Shown here: piece by piece, positions 45,401 through 57,400 of the stretch
How positions within the stretch are numbered: the stretch's first letter is position 1
Layout of the letters: every line of letters begins with the position of its first letter
Assembly: GCF_009834535.1 (NCBI RefSeq)
Contig: NC_045720.1
Location: 496,001-560,000 of the forward strand
Length of the DNA: 64,000 nt
Direction: 5' to 3'
From: Camelus ferus
Lineage: Eukaryota
Made by a program: the position numbers and the translations under genes
Notes under the pieces: model-generated
The model's input: only the letters and a program-made list of their open reading frames with translations
Databases searched by the model: none
Told to the model about the DNA's origin: nothing

Positions 45401-48400
45401 AGTCCTGTGAGAGGGGCTCTTGCCCTGGTGTGCCCACGTTCTGGCCCCTCTGAGCCATGGAGCTGTGTGCTCGTCTGAGGACAGAGCCATGCCGCCATCC
45501 GGGGTCTGCTCCCAGATTGCTCAGCGGGGACGGAAACTGCAGCTCAGGAGCGCGTAAATGTCCACGTTCTCCAGAGGCTGGGGAGCAATCCTTGCCCTTT
45601 ACCCTTTACCCTCGGCCCTTGTGGGTGCTGTTTGAGCCCTCGGTCTGGTGAAGTCCACGCAGGCTACTTGGGGGGCCGGGGTGAGGCTGCTGTAGATCTG
45701 CCGTCCCCCTCACCAACCAAGCCTGCGGCCCCCGCTCCTGTGCTGTGTTGCAGCAGCTTTGCATCCTCATGCCGTCTTGGCTCCCACCGGGCTCTGGGCC
45801 CATCCCCGTCTCCCGTGGGTTGTCCTGGAGCCCCGCCAGCCCTGGCTCTGGGCTCCGCCTGCTCCGCTGGAACCTGCTTGGCTTGGGCGCTCTCGTCTCT
45901 GGGTTTTTTGTGCTGTAGCTGAAGGTGCAGCCAGCCCCGGTTGGAGTGTTTTCCTCTAATGCATGGTCCTCAGGACTGGGTGTGGGTTCCTTCAGGCCAA
46001 GAGAATGAATGGAAGGGGTGGGGGTGCTCTCAACTCCTGGGGAGGCCCCCCCCACCCCCCTTCCACCCGGTCCTCAGAAGCCATCCGCACTCTCTGCCCG
46101 GTTGGGCTGCTTACTCTCCCGTCTCCTGGTCACACCTGCTCCTCTGGTGGTCTGAGCTCCACTTCCACCCGGGACGCAGGCCAGTTGCTGCTTCCTGTGT
46201 ACCCCCCGTGTCCCCGTGAGCATGCCCACGTGACATGGCCAGGAGTGGCCCCGTGACAGCCCTGCCAGGTTCTGCATGAAGGGCCCCTGGGGTAGCCTGT
46301 CCCTTCCTCCTCCTGAAGCCCAGGGCTGGGTGCCTGCAGAACCTTCCTACCATGTTGGGGGTGCTTTCTCTGGATCCAGGCCCTCCCGAGGGTCTGCTGA
46401 CCCACCTTCACTTGTCACAGCCAGTGGGTTGTCACATGTCACACCAGGAAGGCTTCTACCCAAGGTGTTCCTGCAGCTGGGGGTGGATCCTCAATCCAAG
46501 ACCCCTGCCCTGGCCAGCTTCTCGAGGTGGCATCTCCGCCCACCTTGGCTTTAGGATTCCGTGCCAGTGGTGACACTCCAGCTTCTGCCTGCCTCTCTGC
46601 CCAGTGTCTCGGCTCTAATGGAAGCCCCCAGTGTTCTGTGGCACTGGCCCTGGCCCTGGCCATGGCCAATGGTGTGGTTTTGCAAGTAACCTATGGTCTT
46701 AGGTGAGCTGCTTTGCCAGCAAAAGTGACGTTTGTCTGGGGACCCCTGAAGAACGAGATGAGTTTTGTGACGAGAGAACAGCCTTCCTGCTCTGCCCCCA
46801 CCCCTGCTGTTGCCTTGCCGAGCTTGGTTCTGACCAGGGCTGCTGACAGCTGCTGTGCTTTGCCCGTTTCTGCTCACTTCTCTTCCGCTGTGTGCTCCTG
46901 GCTGTCACCTAGCCAGCTCCAGTCACTGTTTCCTCCACATTCTGTTGGCAGGACGTGTTCCCTATAACTTGTCTCGGGGCTTCAGCGATTTCCTGCTGAG
47001 GATGGGTGGACAGCCACTCCCTCTGTGTCCCCTCTGCTTTGTGTGTCTGCAGAGCATCCACCTTGGTGCTGGGGCACACGCTTGTGTGGTGTCAGGGACA
47101 CCCATGCTGAGGCACAGGCCGCAGGGAGAGGGCCCAGCTGTGGGTGTGCCTCCCGGGGCCTTTCTGCCTGGAGCAGGTCATGCCCTGCCTAGATGCACTG
47201 ATCACACCACAGCGGTGGCAAGTGCTTACGTAGGGGTAGCTAGCTGGTTTGGTTTTTTTTCTCCTCTGGTTGTCCCGTGGTGGTGAGGGCCGTGATTCTG
47301 TGGCATCCAGGTATGTGTGCCACAGGCCATCCCGACAGCTGGGGACAGTGCAGGAGGCACTCCCTGGATGGGGACCCCTCTCATGGCCAGGTGGCCGCTT
47401 GTGCCTTCCTCCAAGACCTCACCAGGTCTCTGCCTTCCTTTTCCACCTAGAAGACCACGGGGAGCGGCCCGGCTGCCAGGGGTCCCTGCCGGATGGGAGT
47501 GTGCCCTACTTCGGCGCCAGGCCACCCTGGGCATTGCTGTGTGGTGTGCTCCTCCCTCTCACTGTCCGCTTCTTCTTGGGTCCTGGCAGATGGTTTATAT
47601 GTGTCCTCCGTCTCCCTCCCTTGGTTTAAGGGAGGTGTGGGATTAGGTGCTACCCAGAGCCTCACCGGGTTACTGGAGGGCACCCAGGAGGTCTCCTGCT
47701 CCTGTGCCAGGAGACCCTTCCCCATCCCGGGGGGTTCTTCCCAGGCTGTCCTCTGCGCATCTAAGCTGGTGAGCATCCTCTCTGCTGCTGCTCCTCCGAG
47801 GGCAGGGCTCCACGGGGGTCCGCTCCGCTCCCCTCCACGTGGGCTGGAGACCCTGGACGTTGGCCTCGTCACCCTGGACGTTGGCCTCATCTGGGCTTGG
47901 GGCTCTCTGCCCACCTTGGCCTGTGTCCCCACCTGCCCCCTGCTTGCCTTGGGCTTGGCTTGTGACTGAGGAGGAAATGCCCTCAACCTCCCGCCCCCCA
48001 GATGGGTCCGGAAGGTCCTCGTAGGGGAGGAGCTGCTGCACCTTTACCCAGCAGCGGGTGTCCTCACCTGGGCCCGCACACAAGTTGAGTCGGGAAGCTC
48101 AGGTCATTGTGGTGTTGGGCTGGGCTGAGGTCCCCAGACTGGGGAGCCGGTTGCTGTGTTCTGTTTGTGTCAGTATCTGTTGCTCTGTGACAGGACAGCC
48201 TGAAACAGGAGTTTACAGCAACGAGCACGCAGTCATCTCCCCGTCTCAGTCAGGATGGCAGCAGGCGGCTGCAGGGCCTGGAGAGTTGTGCCTGGGGACG
48301 GGGACTGGGAGCTGGCTGGGATGCTTCCAAGCTCCTCATGTGGCGCTCGGGTGAGGAAGAATTGGGTGTGTTTGGGGGGCTGGTAAGCAGGGGGCAGTGG

Positions 48401-51400
48401 GGACTGGGACACCGGCCTAGGAAGGTGGGTCCAGGTGCTGGTGTCTCCTCCACCTTCCCCCTTGGAGAGGTTCCGTCTCAGGGCCCAGCTGTTTGCAGTG
48501 AGGCCCCAGGGCTCCAGCCTGCTTGCCGCTTGTGGCTTTGCCTGTGTATCTAGTTTACGTGTGGTTTGGGGGCTTCTTCATGCTCCTGCTGTGATGATCT
48601 CACCTTCCCGGGTCGGCTTCCCTTGGCCTCCACTTTCTTAGCTCCCACTCCTGTCTCCAGCCTCCTCTCCAGGTCCCCTCAGGACTGCCAGCCCTGTCCC
48701 TCATCCCTGCCCTTCAGTGCCTTGTTGACCTGAGTCCCTGTCCACCAGGCCAGTCCCCGGTTTCCCAGGGCACACCGTCCAGCCCCTGCCCCCCACACTT
48801 CTGACAGTGTGCCTGTGCGCCTGCCTGGCTGGGGAACCCTCTGCCCGCTGGCTGTGCCCTAGTCACCAAAGGAGCTGGAGTGGAGGCCCTGGCGGGTGCT
48901 CCCCAGAAGCAGGTACCTGCTCCACAGTGCCCTCGGCCACATTCCTGCTCCCCGGCTCTTCCACATCCACCGCCCACCTCTGCTCTCCATGCACCACCCG
49001 CACCCTCCTGTCTCTACCCTCAGGCAAGGAGAACCCCTTGGGCCTCCCACCCCTAGGCACGCCTGCCCTGCTCTGTTCTTGCCAGGTCCCTGTGCTCCAG
49101 TGTCCGCGGACGTGGTCTCTTGTCCACATCCTAGCATCCTGCCCACAGCGCAGCGAAGGGCTTTCAGGGGGCTCTCCCGGTCCCACAGGGAGGTGTCTCG
49201 CATGCTCCGCCCCCTCTTGGTCACTCATCTTGGGTGGATTCAGGTGCTTGAAGCCCCTTTCTTCCCTTTTGTGCTTGTTTAGATCCATTTTTTCCTGCTT
49301 TTCCTGTTTGGTTTGGTCTTATGTTTTGTTTTGTATTTTGTTTTCTTTTTTTGTGTAACAGTTGCCAGTTTCACTAGTTGTCTGTTTGCCACGTTCAAGA
49401 ATGTGATGAAAACCTAGTTAAGGACGCCTGATGTGCAAACAGCATTTATGTAAAAAGAGCCCTGCCTGTACTGCTTTCTCCTGGCACTTACTGCAGACCC
49501 CTGAGCAGGAGTAGCCCACCTGGGTCTCGGTGTGGCTCTGGCAGTGGTGGTGGGCCCCCAGGAGATTCCTGTCCAGACTCCCTTGGTCGCCTGGTCTGGG
49601 CCGCTTGCCCACAGAGACCCCCTCCCTTCTGGTCCCGCTCGTGACCCCTGAGCTGTCCATGTGGGCACTTCTGTGGGCACCCACACCTTAGGGAGGGTGC
49701 TGGCAGCCTGTGTGCTGTGTGGATTTGGGCAGACCGCCCCGCCTGGTGTCTGTGCCTGAGATGCTGACAGCTGAGGCTGGGCCCTGTGACCAACAGGAGA
49801 GGGTGGTGGTGGGCGAGGGTTTTGAAGAAAAGGCCTGATGCCAACTATAGCGCTATGTCTTACGACTTTGAAGGCGTGGGGTTTGCTAGGTCTGCCTGAA
49901 CACCTGAGCCCATGGCTGGTTTGGTCTGGGGAGCTGGGCTGCGCCCCCATCGCTGCTGCCCTCTGGTGGCCACCGTTTGCCCTCTGGAGTAAGGATGTGG
50001 CTCCTCCGAGCCCCAGCATCCTAGGGAGGGTTAGATGTCCATCTCTTTTGCACAGGCACTCACAGCCCCGCTGCTGGGTGTCCCCTCCCCTCCCCTCGCC
50101 GAGAGCTAGTCTGTGTCTGGCTCCCTGTGAGGCCCTGGGGCTGTCTGCACCCAGCAGGGGTCGATGTGGGGCAGGCAGAGCACCAGAGGATGAGCTGCTG
50201 GCCTATCCTCTCCTGCCAGGGCTCAGGATCCCAGCCTGTGGCCCGGGTGGCGTGGGGCTCCCAGGGTTCAGTGCTGGTGGGGAGTGCCGGGCTGGCTGGC
50301 GGGAGGCAGCGTGGAGCGCTGTGGCCAGCCCTGTGGACCTGGCTGCAGTGATGGCCCGTCGGCCATGACCTGGTATCGGGGCTGGTTGAGGAGATGGACA
50401 GACTACCCCGCCTGGGGTCCCGCCAGCCCAGCGCCTGGGGCAGGTGTGTCTGTTGGTTGCTGCGGTGGGCAGGGATGGGAGGAGAGCTGTGGGCCCCAGG
50501 CAGAGGCCGGAGTCTGGGGCTTCCTTGCACACCCCCAGGCAGGGTTGGCCCACTTTCAGCGGGTGGGGCTCCTGCAGCGCTCAGAGGGGGAGCAAGGGGC
50601 GGGGGGGATGTGGAAACTGAATCCCGCCTTGTTCCTGGCCTGGAAAAAAACTTACTCTCCCAGCCTCCTCCTGCTGAGGGAAGAGCAGGCGAGAGGAGGA
50701 GCGGCCCTGCGCGCCGTTGGCTCCTGCCTGCCCAGGGGCGCGGGGCTCTGGTGGGGGCGCTTGTGCTCAGGGGCTTCTGCTCCTGACGCTTAACTGCCCC
50801 CAGGGGTGAGACGGGGCTGCTTTCCCATCAGTCCTTGTTCCGGTACACCCGATCCCTCCACCCTCTAGGGGAGAATCTGTTTTCCAGGTTGGGGTGTGAG
50901 TGCCCAGGGGCACCCACTCACTGGCCTAGTGGGTGGGGTCAGCCTGGGGTCGTGTCCTCCCGGCATTCTGAGGGCATGGGGACCTCTCTGGGCCCTTGGC
51001 CGTCTGGGCCGAATGTGGCTTCCTCAGGGCGAGGGACTTGCCCTAGGAGTGCCCAGTGTGGGCCTCACCCGGGCCTGCCACCCCGGCTGGGGCCCTTCTG
51101 ACAATGGCCGACAGCAAGTGCCATGGCCCTTCCCTGGGTGGGCCAGCCAGGTGTGGGCGACCCCCCCCCCCTTTTCCTGCTGCCACCGAGAGCCGCCCCT
51201 GCCTTGCCCCCCTGACCCTGGGCTGGCTCGGGCCAGCAGAGCCTTTGGGCCGGGAGCCCTGAAGCCGGTTTTTTCGTTAAGGGATGAGGGGGTGGCTGAG
51301 TGCTCCTTTTCCAGGTGTCAGCCCCTCCCTGGGGTCCTCTGCTTGAGTTTGGATATTGGGATGGGTCCATCTCTTGACAGAGAACCCTGGGTGGGGCCCC

Positions 51401-54400
51401 CGAGAGGCCCGCTTAGACCTGGGGTGTCCCCAGTCTCATTCTGAGGCTGGGATCAGGTTGGAGCTGCTCAGAGATTGGGGTGTGGGAACCTAGGCCCCTG
51501 TGTCAGCAGGAAGGGTGGGGGCCCTGGGTCTGCCACCTGCCTCAGGTCATAGGGCTTAAGTGTCCTGACTTAATCGTGCTCCCCTTTCCTTTACAGGTGG
51601 GGACCCCTTCCCCAAGGACAGAGGAGGCGAGCATGCCTGTCAAGGATGAGTATGCAGAAGACAGTTCGGATGAAGAGGTAGGGCTAGGGGTGGGGCCTCC
51701 CCGGGTGGGCTGCGCTGCCCTGGGCAGGGGGGAGTCAGGCCACAGCGAGGCCTGAGTGGGCGTCCTGGCCTCGGGCCCCATTCCCGGTCTGGAAGAGTAA
51801 TTTCGGGGTCGGGGACACATGAGTGCAGGACTGTGTGTGTCATCGCCGGGGAGGGGAGGGCGTGGGTGCAGTGCAGTCGCCCCTGTGCCCTGGTCCCGGC
51901 CCTGTGCCGTGGACCTGGGTGTTTGGAGGGGCGGCTGACAGACAGTGGGGTCCCTGGCGGGCTCGATGAGGTCTTTGTTTATGCTCTGGTGGATGTAAAC
52001 AGGCGTAGGGAAGATTGCCCCCCCCCCAGCGGGCCTGTGCTTATCCCTGGGGGTGGGAGTGGGGTGGCAGACCCGGGTGATGCCCACACTGGACACTGAA
52101 GGCAGGGGACAGGTGGTCCCTGCTGCTCTGCCCCGTTGTCTCTGGCATCCCGAGGCAGGGCCCACGTGGCCCTCAATGAATCTGGCCGCCCCTCCCAGGT
52201 CTGTAGTCTTCCCCTCCCCGGGGATCACGATGTCGGGCTCTGGGTGCTCATCCTGGCCACGGGCCCTGCCTGTTGGTTCTGGGAGGCTGGGAGCCGAGGT
52301 GCTGAGCTGGAAGTGGCTGTGGTGCTTGCCTGCCTGCCCCTCCCCGTGTATCGTGGCCGTTGGGCATGGCTGCGACCCCTGTGCCTGCTGCCCTGGGGTG
52401 AGCCCCCAGGTGTGCACCTCCTTGGGTTAGGAGGTGCTGCAGGGACTGTGGTCCCCGTCCCTCGGCAGCTCTTCCCACTGCTTGTCAGGGGCTGTCCCCG
52501 GCCGGGGAAGACACGCGCCCCCTCCCCTTCACGCCTCCACCCCCATCCTCCGCTCTCTTGGCAGCGGCTGTAGGAGCCTTGGCTGCCCGCCCGATCCGGT
52601 CTCTGTGCGTTCAGAGAACAGAGACAAAACAAAATAAATTGGTTTCCTGGCCGGAGCAGCGGGCGCACTCGGTGAAGGGGGGCCAGCACAGCGCAGCTCC
52701 CTGCCTGTCTCCCCCCATCCCAGGGGCTCTGGCTGTCGGCAGCCACATCCTGTCGGCTACTTTTTTATATTTGGTATTTTGAGAAATCGATGATGATTGT
52801 AAATGGAGTGCAGAGGCCGGGGGAGGGGCTTCGGCCTGCCCACAGGGAGGCGCTCCTGGCCTGGCCTGTCCTGGAGCCGCCGCGGGGGCTGCGGGGGCTG
52901 GGGGGCCGCTTCCTCCGGCGATGACTATCCCATATGTTGGCCTGAGTGACAGGAGGGAGCCGCGAAGCCTGCCTGTCCTCTGCTTCTGCCAGCACAGCCG
53001 GCCGGCGGCTCGAGGGGGCGGCAGAGCTCAGCTTTCGGGGGCCAGGCCAGGCCTGACAGATGCTCTCCTCCCTGAGATGTGCGTGTTCCTGGAGGGCCCG
53101 CGTCTCCCCCATGGTTGTAGCTGCACGTCTGCAGTCTGCAAAGCGGGGTTGGCTTCAGCGAAGAGGTCTGGGAGGCTGGAGTGGCGAGCGGTCCCATCGG
53201 GGGCCCAAGGTGTCCGAGAGCACGAGCGGAGTGCAGGGGCCTCCACCCCCACCCCCTTGGGCTGTGCCGTGGTTGGTTGGCACCTGTGAGGGGCGACAGT
53301 CTGTGAATATTGCTGATGTCAGGCAGCCCCTTCTCCCTGTACCATCCTTGTTGGTGGCCAGTGGTGCCAGGACGCCACTCAGGCTCTGGTTGGCCCCTGC
53401 AGCAGGCAGCGGGGTCCTGACGAGGTGTGCTCCTGGGGGGAACCTGAGGTGTGGCAGGGCCTTCTGGACTCCTCTTCCCCAGGCCTCGTCTTGCCCACTC
53501 CTGGGCCTGGATTTGAGGCCTGGGCTGGAGGACACTGAAGAGTGTCTAGGCCTTCTGACTGCTGGCCTCTTCTGGGCCTGGGTTTGGGGATCCCCCCACC
53601 CCAGGCGCTGACCAGTGAGGGACATTGCCCCTTCACGGGAGAGCCTGAGTCTTGTTTCCACACCTTCCCCCCCACCCACGTACACCTTCCCTCAGACTAA
53701 CATCCCAAGCTGCACCGGGGCTGCAGCCCCCTGCAGGGTGTGTTGCCAGGCCTGGGGGCTCCTGGCCGCTGTGGTTGGGGGAACCCTGAGGCACAGGCTG
53801 TGCCCCCTGCTCCCTCAGGTCCACCTCACCCCTCTCCCACAGACGTGATCTCATCCAGTCGCCAGGACCCTGGGGAGGCTGGGCGGGGTGGGGGTGTGCG
53901 GCCTTCGCCTCCCAGCCCCTCTTTGTTTCAAGCTGGTGGGAGAAACTGAGGCCGGTGGCTGAGGTGCAGCGTGGTCAGGGTTGGGGGTTGGGGCTGCAGA
54001 GGCTGCAGGGAGCCTTCTCCCTTGGCTGGCCCGGCCCCTCCTCCCATGGGCCGACAATGGGACAGCGGTTCCCCTAGACCTCCCAGGGGTCGGGTCGGGG
54101 GCGGGGCTTCAGCCCGGTAGGCGCCGCCCCCCTCCAGCCGCCCTCCCGCGGGACAACCGGCCTGTCTGCGTCCAGAGCCCGCGATCCCCTCTGCTCTCTC
54201 GCCAAACGCCGTTAATGGCTTCTCCCAGCTACTGAACCGGCAGCTGCCTCCAGCGCTGGAGGCCTCGGCTCCTCCCGGGGCGCCGCCCCCGCCCCGGCCG
54301 CCCGCCCGATCGAAGCGCTTGCGTCGCTGCTGGCAGCGGGAGCCGGCAGCTCAGGTTTCCGAGCTGTTGTGGGGAGCGTGTGTCTCGGCCTGCAGACCGC

Positions 54401-57400
54401 CCCGGCCTCCCTGGCGGCCTTCCACCCCCGCTGCCGGGCTCTGACAGCCCCGGCCGGCTTGGTCCCTTCCCACCAGTAGACCAGCCCACTTCGCTGGGGA
54501 GGGGCACCAGATCCCAATGTGGCTGTGGCCTGGCAGGTGGCTGGAACCTCAGGGTGCTCCTGGGGGCCTTAGCCCAGGCACCGTCTCTGAGCCAGGCCCA
54601 CTGTTTGGGTGGGGGTGGGGGGGGTGCCCTCTTCCTGCCAGCACCTTCCCCACCCTGTATCCCGTTTTCCCAGCTGGGAGACAGGGTTCCCCTGGGGAGG
54701 GCAGAGCAGGAGTCCCTGAGGAGAAGCTGTGGTGGAAGTAGCTGCACCTGCGAGGGGCTGAGGGAGCAGAGCGAGGGCCTGGGGCTGGGCGGCAGCAGCA
54801 GCAGCAGGTGAAGTGGGGCTCTTTAAGAGCCACGTCTTCCTTCTTGCTGGGGTGGTGGGTGGTGGAAGCCCTGGCCTGCTGGGTGTCCACGTGGAGCCAG
54901 TTTCCTTCAAAGCAGGAGTCCAGGTGGGCAGGTGGGTGGGAGGGAGGACGTGGGGACAGGGGCCTCCTGATAAAGGAGGGCTTTGCTCTGGAGCTGGAGG
55001 TGTAGCCTGTGGAGCTCAGAGCTGGAAGGGCAAGCTTGTGGAGGGCCAGTTCTGTAGGAAAGGTGGTTGAGGGGGCTGGCTGCAGAGCAGGGCCTGCACG
55101 TGTCCCAGGCCAGGGCTGTCTTGCTAGGGACAGTGGTCACAGGCAGGGGCTGGCCGTGTGTGGGCGGTGCTTGTGGTTGAGGGTGAGTCCTCCAGAAGGA
55201 GTGCTCAGAGGTGGTTGGGACTGGCTCTGGGGCAGGTGTGGAGCCCCGGGACCCAGGCCAGTGTGAAGCAGCTTTGTGGGGTTCAGAATGGGCGAGTGCC
55301 CACCTCCGGCACTCCCGAAGTTTCTAGAAGCCCCTGTCTTCAGGAAGCCAAGATTTGGGTGCCCCACATGGGAATGCCCATTGGGCCCTGGTCAGCCCCA
55401 GGAGAGGGGCAGGTGGGTGGTGGTCTTGCGTGTCTGAGGACCCAGAAGCGTGGACCCCTTAGTGGGGTGGGCTTGGAGGGGCTCTGCGCCCACACCCATC
55501 TGAGGGCTCAGGCCGGCAGCGCTGTCTTGAGGATGGACAGGCAGAGGTGGGAGTGTCTAGGTTGGCCTGTGCAGGGGTGCCTTACTACCTGAGTAAAGCA
55601 GAAGCGGCAGTCTGATGGAGGGGATTTGGGAAGGAGGCTCCTAGTTTCCCGCCTGGCCCAGCTGCCTGCAGCCAGTGGGCTCTGCTTCTGGCCCCCTTCC
55701 CTGCGGGGGTCCCCTTAGTGGGCTCTAGTGCTGGGGGCAGGAAGAGGCCTTGTAGGACCTGGCTTTCCCCTCTTTGGTCTGTCAACCAGGACTCATCCTA
55801 CTGAGGTGAGTGGGTTCCACTGCAGCAGGTGGGCCTGGGGCACACAGCCTGGCCTCCTCCAGCCTACATGGGCGACCTGATGAAGACTAAACCCCGCGGA
55901 GGAGCCAGGAGGAGAGATGGAGGCGCAGGAAGGCCGAGGGGCGCTCCGAGACAGGCGGGAGCTTCGTGCAGGGGGAGTGGAGGGAACACTGCCGGCATTG
56001 TAATCGGAGAGGGGCAAGGGAAGGAGAGAGACCGAGCGAGGGCGGCTGACCCCGCGCTCCCGGGGGACAGGTGGGAGAGGCAGAACGAGGAGAGAGTGAA
56101 GGATTCCAGAGGTGGGCCGGCTTCCTCTCTCGCAGACAGACACGGGAGGGAGGTGGGCAGCGGGCCAGCACCGTACCTGCAGTTCCAATCTGCGGTCCTG
56201 ACAGCTGCAGCCACTTTGGGGAGGGGGAGGGGAGGGGAGGGGGGCTCATCGAGAGCGGAAAAGTCCCAGCCGACACATCAGCCGGTTGCGCCTGTGTCCG
56301 GTGCAGTCTGGGGGGTGGGGGACCCCTGCCGGCCTCACCCCAAGGCTTGTCCTTGGGGTCCAGTGGCCCCGCAGGAGAGCGCAGGCTAGGGGGCTGTCTG
56401 CGCCCCAGCCTGGGCTCCACGCTGCCTGACCCGGAGGGTCAGCGGGCGCTCGCCCCCGCGGGGTCACATGTGCTTCCTGGCAGCCCACAGGTGCTGAGCA
56501 GGGTGGGGGCAGGCTGGCCTGCGGGTGCAGGCGGCCTGGTGATGAATCATGTGGTGCCGCCAGCAGCTCATTCCCCAGGCTGGGGACAGGGAGCTGACAG
56601 CCCAGCCGATCCTGGCTTTTCCAGCCCAGCTTGGCCCACAGAGGCAGCTGCTGCCCCCTCCTTCCCAGCTGCCTCAGTGGGGCACACACACAGGGAGTCC
56701 GGGGTCTGTCACTTGGCCCCAGCCTTGGTGGAGGGAGAGGCCAGCCTCCCGGGAAGGAGGCGGGGGCTGTGGTGGACAGGGAGCACCTGCCACCCCCGGC
56801 CCAGTGGCTGGCTGTGAGTTGCCCAGCGGACGCGCGTGGGGCCGCAGGGGCTGGGGCCGGCCCGCCACCCCAAGTCTGGTTTGAATTTCTGGAGCAGTGG
56901 AGGGTGACGGAGTGCTCCTCCCCCACTCCTCCCTCCCTCTCCTGCTGGCTGGCGGGCCAGGCCCTCGGCTGCTACCGGTGCAGCGCAGGGAGCGACCGGG
57001 CCCACTGCCCAGGTCTGAGGCCAGCCAAGCTGCAGCCGCTGTTGGAGTCCCAGGCCCAGCAGCCGAGGGCTTGGTCCACGTGCACTGTGCCAGGACCTGC
57101 TGGCCCCTGGGGACCATCCCAGCGGCCTGTCCTCTCCCATTGACTTCCCACCTCCACGGCACCTTCTACCCATCCTCCCCTCCTGCACCAGGCTCCGAGG
57201 GTCCCTGTCACCCATGTCCCTCCAGCCTCCAACTTGTCTGTCCTTGTGCTCCGAGGGGTGCCCCCCAGGCCTTCCTTGGTGCTTGGTTTTCCCCCACTGT
57301 CTGTCCAACACCAGCCTGGTGCCTCTGTGACTGTGAGGTATGTCCACCTGACTATCCGCCGTCTTGGGGAGGGTTGCACACCCAGGCCTAGGCATGGAGA

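Noticed and set aside
29611-47891. Short tandem repeats as a CRISPR-like array
   Set aside because: No spacers or cas genes; ordinary eukaryotic tandem repeats.
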